Translations under genes and position numbers: made by a program
In this document: positions 61,075-64,000 of the stretch, piece after piece
How positions within the stretch are numbered: the first letter of the stretch is position 1
How the letters are laid out: each line of letters begins with the position of its first letter
The notes under the pieces: generated by a model
Seen by the model: the letters and a program-made list of their open reading frames with translations, nothing else
The model's database searches: none
What the model was told of the DNA's origin: nothing
Assembly (NCBI GenBank): GCA_964644695.1
Contig: CAZXWN010000001.1
Span: forward strand, 642,805-706,804
Length of the DNA stretch: 64,000 bases
Direction of reading: 5' to 3'
Source of the DNA: an uncultured bacterium
GTDB taxonomy: Bacteria; UBP4; UBA4092

Positions 61075-61848
61075 ATGCAATTCATTGACACACATGCACA
61101 TTTAGATGATGAAGCTTATTCCGAAGATTTGGATCATGTCATCAGCAGAGCTCAGGAACAAGGTGTAACTCAGATAATCAATATCGCTCAAGATATAAAA
61201 AGCAGCAAACGGAATATTGAACTGTCCAAAATTTATAAAAATCTGTTTCCTACAGCAGGAGTACATCCTCACCTGGCCAGAGAATATCAAGTATCAGATG
61301 CGGATGAGTTATTAAAAATGGCACAAAATGGTTTAATTGTTGCCATCGGTGAAATTGGACTAGATTATCACTATAATTTTTCTGCGCCTGACAACCAAAT
61401 TGACGTTTTGAAGGTAATGTTAGATATTGCAAGCGAAACCCAATTACCGGTCATTATTCATTCGCGAGAATCAGATAGGGATATGCTCAATATTTTGGAA
61501 CAATACAATGGGAAAGTTAATGGTGTAATCCATTGTTTTTCTGGGAATTATGAAATGTTAAGCCATGTGTTAGATTATGGTTATTACATTAGTGTTGCTG
61601 GTCCAGTGACATTCAAAAAATCTGACGACTTAAGGGCAATATTAAAAAAGGTATCCATGGACCGATTGCTTACGGAAACAGACTCACCTTATCTCACCCC
61701 TGTACCATATAGAGGTAAGAGAAACGAACCTTTTCATGTGAAAACAGTTTCGGAATTTCTTGCAGACTGGTTAAACATTGATAAAGAAATATTTGCACAG
61801 AGGTTATGGGATAACGCACATCGTTTGTTCAATATCCCTTTAACTTGA
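61075..61848 (+). CDS. tatD: TatD family nuclease/hydrolase
   Basis: DTHAHL, GVHPH, GEIGLDY, IHSR, IHCF, ETDSPYL. Confidence 0.92.
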   Translation: MQFIDTHAHLDDEAYSEDLDHVISRAQEQGVTQIINIAQDIKSSKRNIELSKIYKNLFPTAGVHPHLAREYQVSDADELLKMAQNGLIVAIGEIGLDYHYNFSAPDNQIDVLKVMLDIASETQLPVIIHSRESDRDMLNILEQYNGKVNGVIHCFSGNYEMLSHVLDYGYYISVAGPVTFKKSDDLRAILKKVSMDRLLTETDSPYLTPVPYRGKRNEPFHVKTVSEFLADWLNIDKEIFAQRLWDNAHRLFNIPLT

Positions 61849-61873
61849 CGAGTTAGAATGATTTGGATAGGAT
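61845..61873 (+). promoter_or_regulatory. Sigma70-type promoter for the PPIase gene
   Basis: TTGACG-17nt-TAGGAT. Confidence 0.45.
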
Positions 61874-61920
61874 TAAAACACTTTTTCTATCCTGATTTAG
61901 ATGGTTTTGGAGGAAATCAA

Positions 61921-63696
61921 ATGTTAAACAAGCAATTTTTCAGCACTGTCGCAATAATGTTATTTACTGCCACCCATTTATTAGCACAAAGTAGCGAAAG
62001 TACTTATGATGCGAAATTACCCAAAGGGGTTGTTGCCACCTATAAGGGTGGAAAAATAACATCAAATGAATTTGAAAAACATCTTAGGACTCTTCCGATG
62101 GGTACATGGTTTAATCCCATGGAACGAAATAACAAAACGCCTATGGTGGAAGAATTAAAACAATTCGTACAATATAAATTGATTTATCCTCAAGCAATTA
62201 AGGACAAGATTGATCAGATTAATGTTAATAAATGGGCAATTTCAATGACCGAAGATTCCAAAATCTTAAACAAACTATATGATCAGGAAGTAAGGTCAAA
62301 AATTGCAGTTACTGAACAAGATGCACAGGAATACTACAATACACATAAACAGGAATTTGAAATTCCAGAATACTATAAAATACGGAATATTTTTGTAGAT
62401 TTATCAACAACAAAGCGACCAACAGAGGCAGACAGACAAGAAGGATTATCAAAGATCAATAAAGCTTATTCCAAACTAAAAACAGGGGCAAATTTTATTG
62501 ATGTTGCGAAAGAGTTTTCTGAGGACGACATATCTACCCGAGGAGAAGTAAAGGGTGAGTTTCTGACAAAGGACATACCTAATGCTCCAAAAAAACGGCT
62601 AGCATTTCCCCTGGAAAGTGCAGCAATCAACATAAAACCAGGTGAATACACCAGTGTTTTAACCACTTCCAAAGGCTACCATATTTTGTACTTGGAAGAG
62701 CATCGGTTAGGTTTTATTAACCCCTTTGAAGAAGTAAAATCAGCAGCCTTGGATCGCGTGAAAGTTGAGAAGGCTCCAAAACTTCAGAATGCAGTTGTTA
62801 GCCAAGCAACCACCTCAGTAAAACTAACAATCAATTACGACATCCTTAAAGATACAACGGCATCTTCTGACAATAAAATACTTATAGATTCACCATATCG
62901 TAAAATAAGTTTCGGTGAGTTCAAATTCCGTGTGGCACGAACAGCAATGGTGTCTCCAAATGAATATAAGGATTTTCTAGACAAGTCTAATTTTTTAATG
63001 TTATTACAATTAGCTGATTATGGACGGATATTAAAAATCAACAAAGAAGCAAGTGTAATAGACGACATTGCGGGTTATAAAACAAAATTCTTGGCTGAGC
63101 AATGGCTCTCAAAAAAGATTAATGAACAAGTAAAAATAACGGACACTGATGTAAAAAACTATTATGATCAAAACACCGGTCGGTTTATGACAGGGAAAGA
63201 ATACTTAGCCCGACAGATTTACATCAAATTTGATAAAAATTCTCAAAACAGATCAGAATTGATGACACAATCAAAAGCAACAATAGATATGGTACTTCAA
63301 AAACTAAAAAATGGAACAGATTTTAGCGACTTAGCAAGGCAATACTCTAGTATCGACAATGCAAAAAATGGCGGACTAGTGGAATGGACGCAACAAGGAC
63401 CTCAGGGAAGAATATTTGACATGACCATAAGTAAAATGACTGTAGGACAAATATCTGATGTCGTTCCAATGCCTGATGGATTCCAAATAATAAAACTTGA
63501 GAACATTAGGGGGCCTTTCCAAATGACCTTCGAAGAAAGTCAGGATAAAGCTCGTAGTTATGTAACCGCTGAAAGGCAGTATGATACTTTAACAAAAGTT
63601 AAAATAAACATTCTGAAGAGTGGATATTTCAAATACGACTCAACCCAGTTGAGTGAATTATTTGACAGAATAATTAACAAATCAGGAACAAAATAG
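61921..63696 (+). CDS. Exported foldase with two parvulin (PpiC) domains, PrsA/SurA-like
   Basis: Signal peptide; FIDVAKEFSED..RG and FSDLARQYS..NGG; GYHIL and GFQIIK; GGAGG RBS. Confidence 0.85.
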   Translation: MLNKQFFSTVAIMLFTATHLLAQSSESTYDAKLPKGVVATYKGGKITSNEFEKHLRTLPMGTWFNPMERNNKTPMVEELKQFVQYKLIYPQAIKDKIDQINVNKWAISMTEDSKILNKLYDQEVRSKIAVTEQDAQEYYNTHKQEFEIPEYYKIRNIFVDLSTTKRPTEADRQEGLSKINKAYSKLKTGANFIDVAKEFSEDDISTRGEVKGEFLTKDIPNAPKKRLAFPLESAAINIKPGEYTSVLTTSKGYHILYLEEHRLGFINPFEEVKSAALDRVKVEKAPKLQNAVVSQATTSVKLTINYDILKDTTASSDNKILIDSPYRKISFGEFKFRVARTAMVSPNEYKDFLDKSNFLMLLQLADYGRILKINKEASVIDDIAGYKTKFLAEQWLSKKINEQVKITDTDVKNYYDQNTGRFMTGKEYLARQIYIKFDKNSQNRSELMTQSKATIDMVLQKLKNGTDFSDLARQYSSIDNAKNGGLVEWTQQGPQGRIFDMTISKMTVGQISDVVPMPDGFQIIKLENIRGPFQMTFEESQDKARSYVTAERQYDTLTKVKINILKSGYFKYDSTQLSELFDRIINKSGTK

Positions 63697-63718
63697 ATTG
63701 TTTATCAAAATAATAGTT

Positions 63719-63752
63719 AAAATAAGGGGCCGACTATTCGGTCCCTTATTTT
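63719..63752 (+). terminator. Intrinsic terminator
   Basis: AAAATAAGGGGCCGA-CTAT-TCGGTCCCTTATTTT. Confidence 0.7.
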
Positions 63753-63818
63753 ATTGATATTGTATAACAGAGTTTAATGTGATAATTTAACGATGAGAAT
63801 GAATTATCGGAGCGAAAC

Positions 63819-64000
63819 ATGTCGGACGCTTTTGTGAAAAGAATTGGTGAACTTCTTATTGAATCGCAGTTAATTTCACCTGCAAATTTAGAAGAAGCTC
63901 TTGAATATCAAAAACTAGAGTATAAACCCTTGGGTAAGATATTAGTTGAAATGAATTATATTACTCAAGAGGACTTAGACAGTGTTTTAAAAAAACACCT
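63819..64000 (+). CDS. N-terminus of an MshEN/T2SSE_N-domain protein (PilB/GspE-like), 3'-truncated
   Basis: Manual translation MSDAFVKRIGELLIESQLISPANLEEALEYQKLEYKPLGKILVEMNYITQEDLDSVLKKH; GGAG RBS; not in the ORF track. Confidence 0.8.
   Translation, partial: MSDAFVKRIGELLIESQLISPANLEEALEYQKLEYKPLGKILVEMNYITQEDLDSVLKKH

Overview
Gene-dense, AT-rich chromosomal window from a diderm (lipid A-making), probably anaerobic bacterium. The lineage cannot be fixed from sequence alone. Most of it is housekeeping: the end of the trp operon with accD, a GT4-GT4-WcaJ glycan module, sppA, efp, mrp/DUF59, tRNA-Val(GAC) followed by lpxA-lpxI-gnnA-like-lpxB, an MrfA-like helicase, ileS-lspA-lgt, grpE-dnaJ, ligA, lon, ppdK, ndk, tatD and a parvulin PPIase. 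I found no CRISPR array, integrase, transposase or prophage. The best candidate for an undescribed system is an 8-gene minus-strand operon (21548-28753). It joins a GlmL/MutL-like ASKHA ATPase (with no glutamate mutase genes in the window) to a multidomain soluble partner and a set of membrane proteins including DUF6754. Also notable: a 4-gene redox operon with three twin-arginine motifs, a small GC-rich VOC-gene insert bounded by an imperfect inverted repeat, an EF-P with Asn at the modified-lysine position, a possible ileS attenuator, a REP-like hairpin present twice, a sigma54 promoter driving an L,D-transpeptidase, an MFS-HEAT fusion, and an MshEN-like ORF at the right edge that the ORF track misses. 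All family calls come from motif recognition by eye, not database searches.
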